Source: Chara braunii
Taxonomy: Eukaryota; Plantae; Charophyceae
Assembly (NCBI GenBank): GCA_003427395.1
Contig: BFEA01000005.1
Coordinates: 7,090,035-7,141,780, forward strand
DNA: 51,746 nt
Direction: 5' to 3'
Both the position numbers and the translations under genes were made by a program. The notes below the pieces were generated by a model. It was not told where the DNA came from. It worked only from the letters and a program-made list of their open reading frames with translations, and did not search any database. Of the stretch, positions 24,011 to 37,589 are shown piece by piece; position 1 is the first letter of the stretch; the number at the start of each line of letters is the position of its first letter.

Positions 24011-25981
24011 AAATTAATGAAAATGTAGCCTCTCCTCGTGCTTCAATAGCTGACTTGCTGTTCGATGTGCTCCTGAAGAAAACTCACAATCGCTCTTACT
24101 CGCCCCACAGCATATACTCGTAGTGTCAGCCCTATAACTACGGAAGTGCGTTTATCACCTCCTCAGCCTGCGCCAAACATCACCAGTACTTGCTCTGCAG
24201 CGATGTGACCCTGAGGCAAAAGTTGTTCAGTTTATTTTCTGCATAACATAGTTTTTTCGGTTTTTTTTTTTTTTTTTTTTTTTGGTGCTGGGAACTTCCG
24301 TGGTCCTTGCACGGACTGGCCACCCGGGACCCGGGCAGTGCGACTGGTAGCCTAGATCATGACTTTTTTACAGTTTTGATACACAGTCCGCATTATCAAT
24401 TACACTAGAAGAAGGGAGAAACGAAGTCTCTCCGATCTTCGGCACGGACCAAGGGGGCGAAGGGGGGAGGGAAGCAAGGTGATGGACTACACTAGGATAC
24501 TGATCCCATGAGAAGGGTCTAGCCAGCTCAAGCAGCAAATTTCGAAGAAAGGAGCGACGACACTAGGTAAAAGAAGGAACGAAGTCGTCCCCATCATCGG
24601 CAGGGACGAAGGGGGGAGTGAAGCAATGCGATTGACTACACTAGGAGAAGGGAGGGGCACATTTTGTGAGTGGTTGAACGAAGAAGTCTTCCCCATCTAC
24701 GACATAGAAGAAGGGGGGAGTGAAGCAATGTGAAGGTATTTGGACCTCGTTTACATTCCTGATACATTATGTTGGCGTGATCGACTACACTAGGTTCGAT
24801 AGGGACGAAAGGGAGAGTATTCTCGACCTTCGACACAGAGGAAGCTGGGAGGGAAGCAAGGTGGGGCTCACAAACAAGCGAATGGACTAAATAGCTGACA
24901 TCTACATCAGAAACTTGGAAGGATGGGCGGATTCGAATGTGTTCTCTTCAGTCTTCAACCCCTACTTCTCCCTCCTATCCTACCTTTTTTAGAACCCTCC
25001 GTAGCCAACGCCCAAAAAATAAAAAAAAAATGGAATTTCAAACAAGTGATCTAAAGAAGATTGGAATAAAATAAGCAATGAAAGATAGGCAGCACACAAA
25101 TATCTCAATTTACTACCGCGTATAGTTCAGTTGGAGAGTCAAGATCTCGTTGATCCAAAACTCTAGTTTCCCCTCTTTCTGTCTATACACCATCCCCCCC
25201 CCTTCCTCAAACTTCCCCATTACCTGCCTAGGTTCTCCCCCTCGCCCCATCCAACTGTCCTCAACCTTCCCCATCCAATTCGCTTGATCCCTCCTCTCTA
25301 AATCTTCCCACTGACCTATTTTCGCCCTCCATCCCTCACATTCTGCTACCCCTTGTCCATTTCCCCCTCGCACCCATTTTTCCCCTCCATCCTTCAAGAG
25401 CAAATCTCCCTCCCCCCCATCTCTTCCCTCCCATATCTATCGCCCCTAAGTATCCCCTCTCTCTCTCCCTATCTCCAGCTACATCTCTTCTTCTCCTCCT
25501 CCCCCCCCCTCTTCTCCCCCCTCGCTCACCTGGTCTCTCGTTTACTGAGCACGAATCTGACGAGTTACATTTCATCGTTGTTACCCTTCCACAGATCTGT
25601 TTGTTCATCTCCCTACTCACCTGCTTTCGCCCTCCACCTTTATGTTCCGCTACTCGCTCATCCGCTTTGAGCATCTCCAACTATCTTCATCCTACCCCCC
25701 CTCTGTTTGCCTCCCCTCGCACCCTCTTTTGCCCTCCATCCTTCACGAGTAACGCTACCTCCCCCCCATCTCTTCCCATCATTCCCCACCCTTATCTCTT
25801 GCTCCTAAGAGTCCCCCCTCTCTCCCCATATCCCTATCCACACCTCTTCTTCTCCTCCCCCCCTCTCCTCCCCCCTTCGCTTACCTGATATCATTTTATA
25901 TTGTTCCCGGATACAATTCCCTCGCCTACCATTCAGTAACAACATAAGGGTAAGTCTATCTAATTACCCGCATCTGACAAG

Positions 25982-28900
25982 ATGAAGCTGGGATATCTAA
26001 AAGGAAAAGGAGCTGGTTCCCATTCCCCAGATCTTTCGTATCAGCACTTGTGCCCACGGAAACAGGCCACAATGTCAGGTGGACCATTGAGGATGGAGGG
26101 AGAAACCTCATTGGAACGACAAGGAACTATCTCCCCAACGCTGGATCTGATTATAGAAGTGGAGGATGAGGTATTAACGGAAGAAGAAAGGAGGATGGAA
26201 GGGGATAAACGGGGAAAACAAATAGCACAAGTCCCTCAATCTTGTCAGTCTCCCCTCCCTCCCCAGACTGCACAAGACCAAAGTAAACCATCATGGGCAC
26301 AAAAGGTTAGGGAGACGTTGGAGGGCAAATCTTTAACAATTGCAAGACCCCCGGTCACTGATACTGGTCTGCCAGCCGAAGAACTGAAAGTTCCCTTGAG
26401 AAACCTGACATCTGTAAGGGCATATTTCCTAACACTCGTCCTGATTCCATTGAAACAGAAAGTAGTCAACCAAAGAGGAAGGAATATGCTCACGGAATCT
26501 TACACTGCAGATGAGTTGGCACAAGGGACGCAGTCTATACTAAACATGCGAGTAACTAGATATTTTACGATGACTGTGCACGAAGGTCAGTAAATGATAG
26601 AATTAAAATTTAATCGATTTGTAAGCATTTGGAATCGATAAAGGATGGCCCAGAGGAAGTTAAGGAATTCTTCCTGATCCGGCCAGTGACACCTACGGTC
26701 TTTACGATACTGAGCCTATTCGAACAAGATAAGCAAAAAAAGGATGGATGGAAAAGGTTACGTTGGGACCAATCAGATGTGCGGATTTACCCATGGGTAC
26801 CGAAGAAGATAGGCCTCAAGGAAAAAAAAGATCAACTTATGAGAGATTATTACTGGGTAGAATTGAGACACATCCTGGTGGAGGTTCAAACAACTTTCAT
26901 TCATGATTTTGGTCAGGACTACAAGATAGTTGACTTCATAGACCCACTACCGACGTACATGGCAAAGAGGGATGAGTACGTGATGATGGCGCTGGATCTC
27001 CCCAAGGACCAGCCCTTCTCCCTAGACGATATTATCCCTTTCAAAATGGGGGGAAGGCTGTATCAAATTCACACAGCACACAAATTTAGACCTTGGTGCT
27101 ATAAATGTAGGGTATTATGACCACCTCAACACTGAATTGGCTTGCCCACAACACCTCAACAGAATGCCGGATTGGATGACACATTGAAGAGAGATACCCT
27201 CCGGCGAACAGATGGCTACCCAATACCCTGGGTTATGAGGGTTGGGTGTATGTGGATGAGATGTCACCTGGTGGCCAACCTAGTGTTTGGAACAGGGAGG
27301 GTAGGGGTGATCCTAAGAGGTCTTCAAGACCACCAGTAGATTGGAAGCCTCCAGTGCAGCATCCACCTGGACGCAACACCCGAACACAGCACCCCCCCAA
27401 AACAAAACCACCAATGCCCTCTGGGGAAAAAATGGGGGGGGAAGGAAATGGGAATAAGAACAAACAACAAAGTGAGTCAACAAAGCCAAAATGGAATGGA
27501 TTGCGCATCGGGCCAAATATAACTGCATACATTCCAATTGGTAATCGTTTCACCCTATTGAGCATAGAAGAAGCAGAGGGGGAAGGGGTGGGAAAGGAAC
27601 ATCCGCCAAAACTAGGCCACCAGACACAACCAGACCAAGAGAAAAAAAGGGCTCCGCAAAACCAAAAGGAGAATTGGAGACCTGGAAGATACCCCAAATG
27701 CCCCCTCGGACCATTCAAACATAGAACCAAGCCCGGAACCAATGGATCTGGACCCACTAAAGGAGGCTTTCTGTCCACAGCCAATTGAAATTGAACTAGT
27801 TTCAAGTGTCCCCCTGCCGTAGAGAGGAGCGCTAACTCGGATTCAAAGCAATCACGAACAGGGGAGAGTACATCATAACTCAAAAAAATGGCGAAATGGC
27901 TACAGGAAAGCCTCAAGATAAAATTTCAAGGTCGTTCAGAGGAATTTTCGGAACTCACATATGTGCAACTGGTCACTCTTTTAGAAACTAGTTCAAGCCT
28001 TTGAACAACGTTGGAACAAGGACTACAAAGAGAGGTAAGTTGGCAACAGATGTGTCGCCGCTTGTTGCCAATAGTGACAATGAGATTTTAACCCCCATGT
28101 GATCAGGTCCAGACAGATCTGGACAGCAAGCAAGCCTCGGGATCGGGGGGGGACGAGAGTGTTCAGCAGAACCTAGTCCCAGTGGGCATGCAAAACTCGG
28201 AATCAGAGAAGGACTCAATGATTCCATTGAGAAATGCCCAGCAGAATTTTGAGCCAATGGACAACGACACCATGTCAACACATTTCGAGGATTTGGATTC
28301 GTATCTAGCTGCAGATTTTGGACCAGAACTTGGAAAAGATCAACCGAAGGTCATTCAAGGGGTACATGTCACTTGTGCTGCTCAGTCCCAACGGATAGAA
28401 TGAGGATCACAATTAGATCAACATGCAGAGCTCCAAATCAGTCCGTCTTATCCGCAAAAGAGATCGGAATTACAAGGAACAGATACAGGTATTGAAGATC
28501 TGGTGTCATGGGATGCACAGGTAGATGAGCAGCATAAACAGCAAGTGGAAATAGACCAAAACAGTTGGGGACCGGGTAATGGAACCAAGGACTCAGACAC
28601 GGAAAAGGGGATAGGGGAAAGGAGCGGTGAGGGTCAAAACTGGATTTCTGCAGAAGAGGATGGAACCCCACGTTTTGTGGTTAAAAATACGGTATCGCAT
28701 CATCTCAAACAAGTGATCTTAGATTTGACAAGAGAAGGTAAATATCTATTACTTACTCAACTGTTAGAGGAACCAAGCAAAACGTAGCAAGGATTGACAA
28801 TAGAAAAGGGTTTGCAGGTAACTGAAATAAAAAAATACAAAGAATTAGCAGGCAACACTGTCCTCATCATCTCAAACAAGTGATCTAAGATTTGGCTAGA

Positions 28901-29900
28901 GAAAGTAAGTATCTATTACTTACTCAACCCCTGGAGGAACCAAGCAAAACGCAACAAGGATTGACAATAGAAAAGGGGTTGCAGGTAACTGAAATAAAAG
29001 AATACAAAGAATTATCAGGCAACATAGTCCTCCACCAGGCCCCAACTGACCCGCCAAATAAAATAAGTGATGCAACCAGGATCAATTCAGAAAATGATGA
29101 CTTAAACGGAATAAACGGGAACAGGTCGGCAGTCATTTACGAAGAGCCACAAGGAAAATCCCCTGACCACACGGTATATCAACTCACAGAAAGCGGCACC
29201 ACTGAAACAAAGGATGAACATAGTCTTAATGATTTGGAAAGGAAGAATGTGATAATAAAATCCCCCCAGCATAAGTATTTGCCGATCAGTAGGAGATAGC
29301 AGCTAAGCCTGTTGTTGGCAGGGGACATGAGGATCTAGCCCTGTCTAAATCATGTGTGTTAATCTTACCAGTTAGGCTGAAAGAAGGCGTATCGAAGGTA
29401 GGCTTATCAGAGCCAATAGGATCAATACATGGAGAGGTAACAATGTATGGAACTCTAATAGACCCTCTTTCATCTTTATGGGTAACATGGCAGGGAAAGC
29501 ACAGTTCAAAGCATAAATTGTTATAATTATTCAAACATAGTTTCCGTTGGGGGGCTCTGTTGTGCTTATCCTATCTCCTGATGCTCATAAGATTTCAGTT
29601 AAGGGCGTGTTCCTTAGATATAAGCATGCACGAGCAGTTGACTTGCGTTGGTACACCCAAGATACGTTAACAGAGCTCCGACAAATGAAAATCAATGCAT
29701 GTGACTTCTGAATAGAAGTTGACGTCGCAATCCTACTCTCCCGCCTCTTAAAAAAAAGGAAGGATTTACTAGATCAAGGTGGGAAGCTAGACTATGGACA
29801 CTGGTTGACCTTGTGAGCCACCCCATTTAGAAAGTTGACAAGGTAATAGAAATGGAAGGTACAAATATGTTGGAGGTGCTATACAACAAGAACAAGGACT
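25982..29900 (+). pseudogene. L1 ORF1 (gag-like) remnant with zinc knuckle and long low-complexity tail
   Basis: KPSWAQKVR; VRIYPWVP...YYWVELRHI; PWCYKCRVL*/HLNTELACP (frameshifted CCHC) at ~27095-27147; 167-bp tandem duplication 28698-28864 / 28865-29031; 3' boundary approximate. Confidence 0.65.
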
Positions 29901-29929
29901 GAAAACTCCTAAGAAGAGTCACAGACCAA

Positions 29930-31893
29930 GACCTCCAGTCACTCAATGTAATTGGTTTAGCGTTGGCCAAAGAACAAAAACGGCAGGCATTTTTTGAACA
30001 ACTGAGAGGAGTGGAGGGTAAGAAATGACCTCATGTCATCTGCATACAGGAAACACACATGATGGATAACGTGGACCACCATCACGCACACGAATAAATT
30101 TGGTCCCACCAGGCCTTTAGGGCACAAGCGTCCAGGTCAGGAAGTGTAGGAGTAGCAATTTGGTTTCCCCCTGACGCAAGGATTGATCCTCTTTATTGGG
30201 AATCGGATAAAGAAGAAGGGAGATTGGTATTTCACTTGGCAATGCTGAAGATTGAAATGATGACAATCTTGTGCGTATATGGTTCCAATGAGGTAGGGGA
30301 AACCCGAAAAAATATAACTTCTTTGAATCCCTAAAGGGTCGTCTCCTAGTAGGTATCCCAGTGGTGATGATAGGAGACTTCAATGTTGCTCCAAACAGGC
30401 AGATGGATCGTTGCCAGATCCTTTCCCCTTGTCCACAATACGTGGAAAAGGATTAGCAAATAATTGAAGGACTATGTCAATCTCTCGACCTCTTTGATGC
30501 ACACAGACGACGTTTCCCTAAAAAATGCAAGTTCACATGCTTTAGAAAGAGAGTAACAATGACACCATCGAAATATCGCATAGATCTCATACTTTTATCA
30601 GAAGAATTGGAAGGTGTTTTTCAAATAGCAGAGATCTTCCCTTGCAGTGTCTTCCCTGATACCGCCCTCTTAAGCATGAATGGTTTCAAAGTATATCTAC
30701 ACGATGTTTAGTCTTTCGAGAGAAAACAGAAGGAACAAATTAAGGATGACATACGATGGTTCAACAACGGTCTAATATTTTTGGGTCGTAAATGCAATGA
30801 ATATTCAAAACTTCTTGTTAAGCAACGCCATCTAGAGGAATATAATATAAAATAACAACTTCAACAACTTCAAAAACAAGAAGAAGTTTCAGTGAAGGAA
30901 CCTCAACTAACTGAGATAACAAAAATAATCAGTGACTTGGAGTCCAAGTTATTAAAATATATGGAACACCGTTGGTAAGGGATCAGAATTATAGGTAAGT
31001 TAAAGGGACATAACGCGGAGGGGGTGATGGATGCGGGATTTTTTGCCACAACAAAAACTAGAACTAGCGGGAACATTATTGAAGTTTTCGCGAACCCTCA
31101 AGGAGACCAACACTCGCTAGTCACCTCAACAACAACATCCACGAAAATAGCAATAAACTTTTATAAAACCCTCCTTACATCAGAATGTAAACAATAATCA
31201 AGGGAACAAAAAGTAAAAGAGATATAATCTATGTTACCAGGCCGGACGTCCGGGACCCCCCTGACCGTCCGGGATGTCTGACCGGACGTCTGGTCGGACG
31301 TCGGACCGGACAGGGTATATCGGACCTAGCGCAAAAAAAAAAAAAAATAATAATAATAATAAAAAATTAAAACAATCATGTGGCTTCCACCTTGCATTAG
31401 GTGTATGCCATCAAACTTTTGGATCATTTGGGCCTGTAGAATAAATAATAAAAATCTTTAAAGATTTATTCCCCATCTATACCCCTCCTATACCCACCAA
31501 AACCCCTTCTACCCCCCCCCTCCCCCCCCAAATACCACCCTATGAGCAAATGCTCATAAAAATCTGAATTTTTTTGTGGGGGGCCTCTAAGCCATGCGCA
31601 ACACTGTCATTTTTTTTTTTTGCCAAAAAGGTGTCGTCCGGAAATCCGGACGACGGGGGGGGAGACGTCCGGGGGAGACTTCCGGTGGAGACGTCCGGTC
31701 TCCGGACCATTGGTAACCTAGGATATAATATTTTTTTATACCACTAACTAAATCATTAATAGACCAACAGAAAACGATGCTCGAAAGTCCACTCACAAAG
31801 GAAGAAATCTGGTTGACCCTTATGATGATAGAAGAAGATAAAACTCCAAGGATCAATGGTCTCCCTAAAGAATCATGGAAAGCCATGTGGGAT
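29930..31893 (+). pseudogene. L1 ORF2 N-terminus: APE endonuclease and start of RT (interrupted by a MITE)
   Basis: SLNVIGL, VICIQETH, SGSVGVAIW, LCVYGSN, MIGDFNV, RIDLILLS; FYKTLLTS; LESPLTKEEIWLTL...KTPRINGLPKESWKAMW (equivalent to the KSPGPDG motif); many stops and frameshifts. Confidence 0.9.
31229..31721. mobile_element. hAT-type MITE inserted in L1 ORF2
   Basis: TIR ctatgttacca / tggtaacctag; TSD gatataat (31221-31228) / gatatataat (31722-31731); ccggacgtccgg subterminal repeats at both ends. Confidence 0.85.
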
Positions 31894-32759
31894 TAATACA
31901 CATTTCGTTAAAAGTGAACCTTTTTATCGTTCATTTTTTGTAACAAAGCCGAAATTCATGTTGGAGCGACATAAATAAGATAAATTCATGTTGGCAATAT
32001 GAACTAAGGAGCGACATAAATAAGAATAAATCGGTACGATCATTGCTAAGTGTTGCTAAGTGGGCAGTGCCATGGGTCTCACAAGATCAACAACCGCCAT
32101 CGCTTGGAGTACTCGACTCATCAACCTGCAACTTGTTACTGGGCCTATGCTATCTACTTAGTTAACCGTTCGCGCCCCCTTCCCCCCCCAACCCCAACCA
32201 CCCCTTGAAATCACTGTGACATCGAATTTTTCCCTCCTTGGTTATTTTCGAGGTAGGTTAAGCCTTTTGGAGCGGCCGCTCTGCAACTCAGAATAAACTC
32301 CAGGTTTGTTCGAATGCTCCCATCAACCTGCAACTTGTAACAGGGCCTATGACATCTGTTGACCCTCCCCTCCACCACCCCCTACCCCTACCCCAGCACC
32401 CCAACCCCCGGGAAGTAACATTCTCCCCTTTTGGCTATTTTTAAGGTGAGTAGCGTAGAAAATAACTCCAACAAGCATGCCCCTAGTAGCCTCGTCTGTC
32501 TTGAGCGGACACCACGAAAGGATGGGCAGTGTCAGGGACAAGTTTCCAATTTACGTAGGCCTTGTGGGACCAAGCAGCGATAGGAATTGCCCTAGTATTA
32601 GCCTGCGCACGCTCAACGTCATTCTATATATAGCCCAGCCTCTCGTATATTTCACTTCGCTACAAGGTTCTTATATCATCGGTTCCTTTCTAGGACGACA
32701 GCGGGAGTTAGTTCGTCGTGACCTCCACCGCTTATTGTGCCAAACCTTGGCTAAGGGAG

Positions 32760-35250
32760 TGATTCGGCCAGATGGAAAAAAATGAGGGCGCGGGTAGCAG
32801 ACAACTCAGGTGCCGCAAACAATGCTGCCTCGAGCAGTTCGCGACGAAGAAAAGCGGAGGTCGCCACCATTATGCTGTTTCCAAGCAAGACGGAGGCAAG
32901 GGCGTCTGCTGTAGCCGTGTGAGGATTTAGACAAGGGTGGGCGAGAGTCGGCCGCATGGCCTTCCATCCAGCGGACGTCTACCCGACCGAGGTAGAGCTT
33001 AGGGAAGACCAAGGAACCCTTGAGGACCTGCCGCGAGTTTAACTACGGCCATGAAGCTGGTACTAAGCGTTGGCATCAGTCCCCTTAGAAAGAAGCATTG
33101 GATCGACGTCAGGGTCGTCTACGACGTCGTGAACGAAACAATCCACCGCAAGTTCGAGTACGAGATCATGTGGTTGTCCCTGCGCATTATGCGGAATCAC
33201 CATGCTCGGCAGGGACCATTCGTGTACATCGAAGGAAGTGTCAAAATAAAGGAGCCTTGTCGACCCGTTTCACCGCTTCCTACAATTCATGTCATGGGCA
33301 ATAGGTGAGGGTCACCTTATAGTAATATAACGAACAACCCATATCGTTGAATTCCTAATGCGGAAACCGCCTAACCAAATAAATAAGGCAAATTAATGAC
33401 AAAATTTATCCCTCATGAGCCTCAATCGACCAAGAATCTTACGAGCTAAAACAAAGGAGCGTTTGAATATTTCATAGGTGGAGCGTCACACCCGCAAGAC
33501 CCTACTCTTCGTTGCACATACAAAGTTTTCGCTCACATGTCTGCAACAAAATACAAAGCCAAGACAGTCTCCGAGAGTAGGCAGGAAACACATGGGGTCA
33601 GACAACACATTCCTTTTCACGTTTGAGCACATACAACCCAGCCTTTCCCTTTCAACTGAACATTTAAGGAAATAGAAATGGGGCAAGCAAAGTGTGGGTT
33701 CACGTGGGGAGTGAGGGGTCTCAGTCATTAACTGACCTTGAGTGAAATGTCGTTGATGTCGACTAGCTCACCCAAGAAAGCCAAGTTCAACCTTGAACGT
33801 CAATCGAGCTCCCAAAAATGTCCTGAATATAAATTATAAGCACCATGAATCCCAACAATTATTGAGCGGTCCTTGCCTGCGTCGGCAAGCCCCACAAGTG
33901 ACGAGCGGCACCTCCGGTTCCAAGTTGGTCCCGCCGAGCCCAATACAATGACAGTCGCCGACGCACTCCAAAATAAATTCCCCGACGTCGAGCGGCTTCA
34001 ATTTGGTGCCGATGGTCCAGTCAATAAATCCGTAAATGTGGCGCAGTCCCAAGTAGTCCCTATGGAACCCAGGGCCGTTACCAAGGGTTCCACCACGCCA
34101 AAACGTCAAGAACTTGCACCGTCTTCACCGCAAAAAATATCTCTTGTGTCGCACCACCACAAGTTTGCACTGGCGTTCGTCTTGAGCATGTGTCGTACTC
34201 GGCACCTCCTTCGGACTGCGGCGGTACACTTGGAATGCCACAAAAAATAAATGACGCTACCACTGCAAGCCGCCAACAATTGGGTGAGCGGCACCGCCAC
34301 CTTGTCGCGCCACAAACCGAGATCCTTGCTTCAAGAATAGAAGGTACCGCCTTTGCGTCAACACCGAGTCTAACGGTGTCCAACGACTTCCCCAAATTTA
34401 TTTCGACGCCCACGTACGACAAGGCTGGCAACGCTCCTTCGCATGCGGACGTAGCCTTGCCGCTTGATTACCCCGGTAGCATGCACCCTCACGTCGACCA
34501 CGTCCAAGCTCAAAATAATAAAACTCGGCCCTTGGTCGAAGCTAAGCCCAAAAAAAGTCGCTCCCTTGAGTTTGGAGGTGAGTTCCCGCTCCAACGGAGT
34601 GGTCCCTAGCACATGTGCCACAGGTCCGGTACCAACCCAAGGAGGCGGCAAGATGCCTCCACCCTGTGGCTATGGTGGCTCCACCTCCTCCTTTTTGCTC
34701 CAGCAGCTCCTCTAGAAGACTCCCAACAGCACTCCCGAAGCACTTCCGCAGCTCACGAATGCCTTAAAGTGTACGGCCCCTCCAACAACATGTTCTCCTT
34801 GTGTGGCATCTACTGGGCAATGTCTGCTTTTATAGTCGAGGTGGAGAGAGTGCCTCGACACTCTGGCCCTTAGACAATAATTCGAGATGTCCCTGGGTCC
34901 TCGATTTTTGCGAGATCGACGGTGTGACGTCGTCGCACCGCAGCCTTACACTTAGTGCGACTGACTTTGACTATTCCCCTTTCTCTCGTTTTTATCTATT
35001 CAGGGTTAGTTCAATCAGTCATCTCGTAATTCTCATGAAATGGCTGACACTGTCTCATTTCTGAAACAGTTTTTCTTGTATTCTTACCATTATTCCAAGA
35101 GTTATGAATTTTTAAAGTTTGACGTACCTGGTTATTTTTCCCAGTGCAGGTACGTCGAGAGAAGGCTGGACTTAGTTTTTCATTCGGTCCATGCGTTTCT
35201 TTACCCTGATGGACTCCCAACCACGAGATCCACTGATCTCAATGGTGAGA
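32760..35250 (+). pseudogene. Decayed, probably intron-containing gene within the 5.7 kb insertion
   Basis: GC3-rich exon-like ORF 33051-33304 ending AG|gtgagg; long Ser/Pro-rich frameshifted segment 33750-34950; exon-like 35150-35243 between ttttcccagtgcag and G|gtgaga; no domain recognised. Confidence 0.35.
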
Positions 35251-36230
35251 ATCACGTCATTATTCCCTTAGCCCCACTCTCCATGTGCCAGTGTCTTTTC
35301 CCCGACACTCAACCTAACCCTCAGGATCAGAAAAATCCAATGTGAGGGGTGCTGAGTCTGCAAGGGGTTCATAATGGCCCAGCATAGGCCAAGGAAGGGG
35401 CCATCATGGCCGTTGCTCCACCCCAGCTGCAGCCACGGCCAACCAAGCACCCTAGTTCGAATTCGGTGTAATATGGGTTTGAGCCTCTATTTTCCCTTCA
35501 GGCACAACCCCACCTAATGTGCAAAATGAGAATGAATCTTCTGCTAAAACACGGGGATGTTCACCTTATAGCCTTTGCCCGTTTTTGCCAGTTGGGGTCT
35601 TATAAGGGTAAGGAATTGACCCCTATTTTCCCTTGTACGTCCGCAAGCACCACTTGGTGCTTTGTCCTCTTGCTTCCTTTGTCTTTACTTCGATTTTGTT
35701 TCTTTTCTTTCTTTTTTGTTTCTTTTTCATTCTCTTTTTTCCCACGGGCCACAGTTCAAAACCCAACCGCGCGGTCATGCTATAGGAAGCCTCAGAGTGT
35801 TTTTTTTTTTTGTCGATTTTCGTTTTTATCTTTCTTCGTTTGTTTCCCTTTTAACACTCTTTTCCGTTCTTCTCCCCCGGCTGCCCACGGTTCAAATCCC
35901 CGCCGCGCAGTCACGTTGAGGAGATTTCGAATCATTTCATTTTTCTGAACGCGTTTTCAGTCCTTCTCACTTTGCTGCCCTCAGTTCGAATCCCCCGGTA
36001 GCCGCCTTAGAGGATAAATTTTTGGTTTTGCTTTTGGAAGCGGCCGTTTTCTCGTGGTCGACCCTGATCGCGCGATATCCGAGATCGCATGGTGGAGCTC
36101 GCCACGTGTTTTATTCGAATCGGGCGCCATTGTGCCTCCATATCGCCTGCTAAAAGAAGCTAGCCCAGCGACGGGAGGCACGTGGGCTCGATTCTCATGT
36201 TTGGTGATTATCACTCCGCCTTCAATCCAT

Positions 36231-36520
36231 TGGCTCCTACCATGGTATAGGTAGGAGCGTCGTTAACATTTGTCTTGATAGGTGTGGTGCCTCGCCAGTT
36301 CTCCCGACGCATCCTCCCCTCGTGCTCCGCGGTTCCGCCATAAACGAAAGCTAGCCTGACAGTCGGTCGTGGGAATCGATCCCCATGTCTGCTACTTGCC
36401 ATCCCGCCCCTAAACCTACTAGCCTAGCTCCTACCATGTTATAGGTAAGAGAGTCACCGATATCTGAAGCAATAGGTGTGGCGCCCCACCTATTTTTTCG
36501 AGGCACCCTCCCCCACGGTC
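36231..36520. repeat. ~95-bp direct repeat pair; first copy has a perfect 9-bp hairpin
   Basis: gctcctacc-atggtata-ggtaggagc...ataggtgtggtgcc at 36233 versus gctcctaccatgttataggtaagag...ataggtgtggcgcc at 36427. Confidence 0.8.
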
Positions 36521-37589
36521 CTTTTTCCTCCTACCTGTGACCCTCCTTGCGCCGCCATACTACTTGATTAGCCCAACGGGTAGTACGGCGGGTACACATG
36601 ACGCAGGCATGGGGTCAGGCCCGCACTAGGTACGAATAGGTAAGGCTTTTACCGGTAGTCTTCCTAGATAAATTTTTAACTCCAACCCTTAGTTTTGCCC
36701 ATTATCACGCCGCCTCCGGGTCATTGTCCGGTGCGGGCGTTTTCAACTGTTGAGCTCTGAATCACGCGGTCTATCGGTCGCGCGACCCCATTCTCTTCAG
36801 GTTGTCGCGCATTGTCCTAGCGGTAGGAACGTCGGGTGATGATTGGTCTCGTTGTGCCTATCTTTACGGCTTCCTCTCATATTACTTGGACACCCACTTA
36901 GCCTAGTTAAATGGCATGGCGCGCACACATGGCATAGGAGCAGGGTTGAGTCCTATAGGGATTGTGATAGGATAGGTCCTCCTCGATAGCCTTTTCGGAT
37001 AGGCCTTTAACTCGAGCGCCCCCTTCTTAGATTTCCCCTTCTCGTATGCTGCAATTGTGCTTCAAGTTCCTCTAACGCCGATCTTTTTCCTTCGATGGAC
37101 CCTGAATTGTGCGGCCGATAGGCTGCGTGGCAACCTTTTGTTTAGGTCGTCGTACATCGCTTTGATGGTGGGGGCGAAGGGGGATGGTAGCCCCGACGTC
37201 CCCGTCGTCGCGGCTTCCTTCCTTTAGTGGTACCTCTCGTGGTACGCCTTGGTAGCCTCAACTGCCCTTCCTACAACCACTTGGGTGCCCAACCCTAAAG
37301 TCTGAGTAACAGATTTAGAAAAGACAGATGCAGGGTCAATATCCGATAAAAAAAGAAATGTAAATGTGTACAGGGGGTTTGGATACCCATGAAATCTTTT
37401 GTCGCGCTGTGGCGGATTATCTTCACTGTGTCCCTCTATCGCTCACCGACGCCCCTTCAGCTTACGGATAGAACGGTGCCTTCTCGGGAGCCGTCAAAAC
37501 ACCGGCAGATACACTTGTAAGGGTTTCTGCCCCCACAGCGTAAAGTATCGCTACCAGATAAAATCCTTCCAAGCCGATGCGAAGAGGTA

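Larger units (their letters stand above)
21405..24355. mobile_element. hAT-type non-autonomous element enlarged by a nested retroelement
   Basis: 12-bp TIR ctaggctaccag / ctggtagcctag; 8-bp TSD atcaggac (21397-21404) / atcatgac (24356-24363); cccggg subterminal repeats. Confidence 0.85.
21180..24870. repeat. Degenerate tandem array (gaaggggggagtgaagcaa unit) split by the hAT insertion
   Basis: Unit at ~21225, 21369, 24458, 24607, 24711 and 24841; the 21369 unit continues at 24364 once the hAT element is removed. Confidence 0.75.

Noticed and set aside
21180-24870. Tandem array as a leucine-rich-repeat gene or CRISPR array
   Set aside because: No frame gives a consistent LxxLxL pattern; units are irregular and there are no cas genes
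24905-24960. Minus-strand CUGAAGA-gaa-caca-uuc-GAAU hammerhead-like string
   Set aside because: A15.1 is replaced by U, stem II is only 3 bp and there is no credible stem III or NUH site
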